Below are positions 62,390-64,000 of a DNA stretch of 64,000 nt, piece after piece. Source of the DNA: Candidatus Omnitrophota bacterium (GTDB lineage: Bacteria > Omnitrophota > Gorgyraeia > 2-01-FULL-45-10); the NCBI GenBank assembly GCA_026387175.1, contig JAPLME010000006.1, positions 44,078 to 108,077 on the forward strand, given 5' to 3'. The translations under genes and the position numbers were made by a program. The notes below the pieces were generated by a model that worked only from the letters and a program-made list of their open reading frames with translations, searched no databases and was not told where the DNA came from. Every line of letters starts with the position of its first letter. Position 1 is the stretch's first letter.

Positions 62390-63553
62390 CTATGATTTTA
62401 GCCGCAATTCCTTCGAGATCTCTTCTTTTACCGCATCGACAAGCCCCGAGGCAATGACCTCGTTTCCTTTCTCGGTCAGATGAACTATATCATAATAGAC
62501 TTCTTCGGAAGGGTGTTTCAAAAGTTCAGTGTGAATATCGACTGTCTTTACGGACATATCCCGCGCGATCTCGTCTATCGCGTTCCGCGTCAACGCGTGA
62601 AGATAGTAATAGATATCTTCCCTCGTCACAGGCTGTCCGGCATTCACCTTTACCCTAATGGCCTCTACCTGCTTAGGGTCGAAGTACATATCGTATCCTT
62701 TTATAACCGTTCCCTGCTTAGCCAGTATGATCCCTATGCCGTGTTCTCTGGCCTTCGCGACCAGTTCCCGCAGATTTTTCGAAAACTCCCGCATGATCTT
62801 GGCAATAAGCTCTTTGCTATACACCTTTTTCTTAAAAATACAATTCTTCTCTATTATGATCGAAAATAAGAGGCTCTTCGAATATAATAAATTGAAAAGA
62901 TGCGGAACCGCCGCAAAGTGCCTCGTGACAGGGCTAAGGTCATCCACCCTATGATAATCATTAAACGCTTCGTAGAAAGTTATCAGGTCCGGCCGGTATC
63001 TGAGAATTTCGTTCGTGAAAAGGCTCAGGATGGTTTTTGATGTGCTGCCCATATAACCGGCGTTCATAACCTCGGCCCTCACCGGCAGATCGATCGCATT
63101 CAGCTTTTTCTCGAGTATAGACGGATAATCGTTTCCGTCTTCGACCTCAAGCCCTTCCGTAGAAGACCCACCAAGGCAAAATATCCTGTAAACACCATCC
63201 GGCTTTTCTGCCGAAAATTCTTTGCCTCTAAATCCAAGACTGTTGACCGCTACCTTAAATTCCCTGGATCCATAACGCTGATTATAAACTCCCGGCTTGG
63301 ACTTGCAATATTTCGTGCCGTCAGGCATTTTAATGATCTCATGCTTTACCCTGTCATACATAACGATCTTCTCGGAAGGCCCATTATTCCCGGCACCCTG
63401 ATGCCTCACATCAAAACCATAGGAAAGATACCGTCCGGTCTTATACTTAAGAGCGAAATAGGTGCGCGCGCCAAGCTCAAGACAGGTGACAAGCAGTATT
63501 AACGGTATAAACGAAAAGATAACTATCTTCAGGGGATGCTGCTTATTTACCAT
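62390..63553 (-). CDS. Membrane-anchored SGNH/GDSL-family hydrolase or O-acetyltransferase accessory protein (AlgX/AlgJ/DltD-like)
   Basis: 387 aa; N-terminal TM helix and a block-I-like FCLGGSSTEG motif (GDS(L)-type) downstream. Confidence 0.55.
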   Translation of the reverse strand: MVNKQHPLKIVIFSFIPLILLVTCLELGARTYFALKYKTGRYLSYGFDVRHQGAGNNGPSEKIVMYDRVKHEIIKMPDGTKYCKSKPGVYNQRYGSREFKVAVNSLGFRGKEFSAEKPDGVYRIFCLGGSSTEGLEVEDGNDYPSILEKKLNAIDLPVRAEVMNAGYMGSTSKTILSLFTNEILRYRPDLITFYEAFNDYHRVDDLSPVTRHFAAVPHLFNLLYSKSLLFSIIIEKNCIFKKKVYSKELIAKIMREFSKNLRELVAKAREHGIGIILAKQGTVIKGYDMYFDPKQVEAIRVKVNAGQPVTREDIYYYLHALTRNAIDEIARDMSVKTVDIHTELLKHPSEEVYYDIVHLTEKGNEVIASGLVDAVKEEISKELRLKS

Positions 63554-63564
63554 GCGTAGGCCTT

Positions 63565-64000
63565 CTATTTTTTTGTAAAATAATTTTTCGAATGCGATGC
63601 GGTCTTCAATAGCTGCATCAATCCTATATTGTCAATCCTCGATATGCCTATTGCATAGATCAGCTGGAACATCTTTTCATATAGCGCTTCCAAGGGAAGC
63701 TTTATCAAAAATTTCACCAGGCCCGCGGGAAGACGTAAGGCGACACCGAGCGCAAAGACCTTCTGGAGGTTTTGCATCTGGCGGGCCTTCTCCATCTTGA
63801 CGGGGCTCGTCATGAAATATGAGCTTTCCATATTTCCGAAATCATGGCCGCTCGACAGGTAACCGTTGCTTGAAGCGTATTCGAATATCTCCGTTCCGGG
63901 ATAGGGCTGAAGCAAAGAGCACCAGGCATACGTCGGATGGATGCGCTTGTTCAGCAAAAATGTCTTAAACGCATTCTCGATGGTCTCCCCGGGAGTTCCG
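63565..64000 (-). CDS. Cobalamin-binding radical SAM enzyme, paralog 5 (C-terminal part only; gene continues beyond the window end)
   Basis: The reading frame is open to the window edge. The translation ...GTPGETIENAFKTFLLNKRIHPTYAWCSLLQPYPGTEIFEYA matches the C-terminal region of the other four paralogs (PGET...LxPxPGT). Confidence 0.6.
   Translation of the reverse strand, partial: GTPGETIENAFKTFLLNKRIHPTYAWCSLLQPYPGTEIFEYASSNGYLSSGHDFGNMESSYFMTSPVKMEKARQMQNLQKVFALGVALRLPAGLVKFLIKLPLEALYEKMFQLIYAIGISRIDNIGLMQLLKTASHSKNYFTKK

Overview
This 64 kb window is a bacterial chromosomal segment of roughly 50% GC. Every credible gene (about 65) sits on the minus strand, many with 1-14 nt overlaps that suggest long polycistronic units. 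No rRNA, tRNA, CRISPR array, transposase or integrase is recognisable. The first ~30 kb (minus-strand transcription runs from high to low coordinates) is housekeeping: an arginine operon argC-argJ-argB-argD with a partial argF start, rplM-rpsI, proS, ispG, the rseP-dxr-cdsA-uppS isoprenoid/lipid cluster, a membrane pyrophosphatase, purA, a short LeuA/NifV-family synthase, serA plus a class-V aminotransferase, clpP, tig, lptB with an LptA/C-like gene and an LpxL-family acyltransferase, gap, fmt, priA and a family-4 UDG. The remaining ~30 kb (about 30.7-64 kb) is one same-strand glycan/lipid-linked-sugar assembly locus, and it is the most unusual part of the window. Five paralogous cobalamin-binding (class B) radical SAM enzymes are spread through it. 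They are interleaved with at least eight GT2 genes (including a tandem paralog array), GT4, GT9 heptosyltransferase, GT28 and WecA/MraY-type transferases, an O-antigen-ligase-like protein, two or three GT-C-type polytopic transferases, a UbiA-family polyprenyl-phosphate transferase, five SAM methyltransferases (two with N-terminal zinc ribbons), GmhB, an NAD-epimerase, a polysaccharide deacetylase, an SGNH hydrolase and a GT-TM-DUF218 fusion. Separately, a ~170-200 bp multi-hairpin intergenic element occurs twice (after rseP and upstream of gap), with compensatory base changes in its terminal stem. A 7-bp tandem repeat lies inside ispG. All functional calls rest on remembered family motifs read from the ORF translations; no searches were run.
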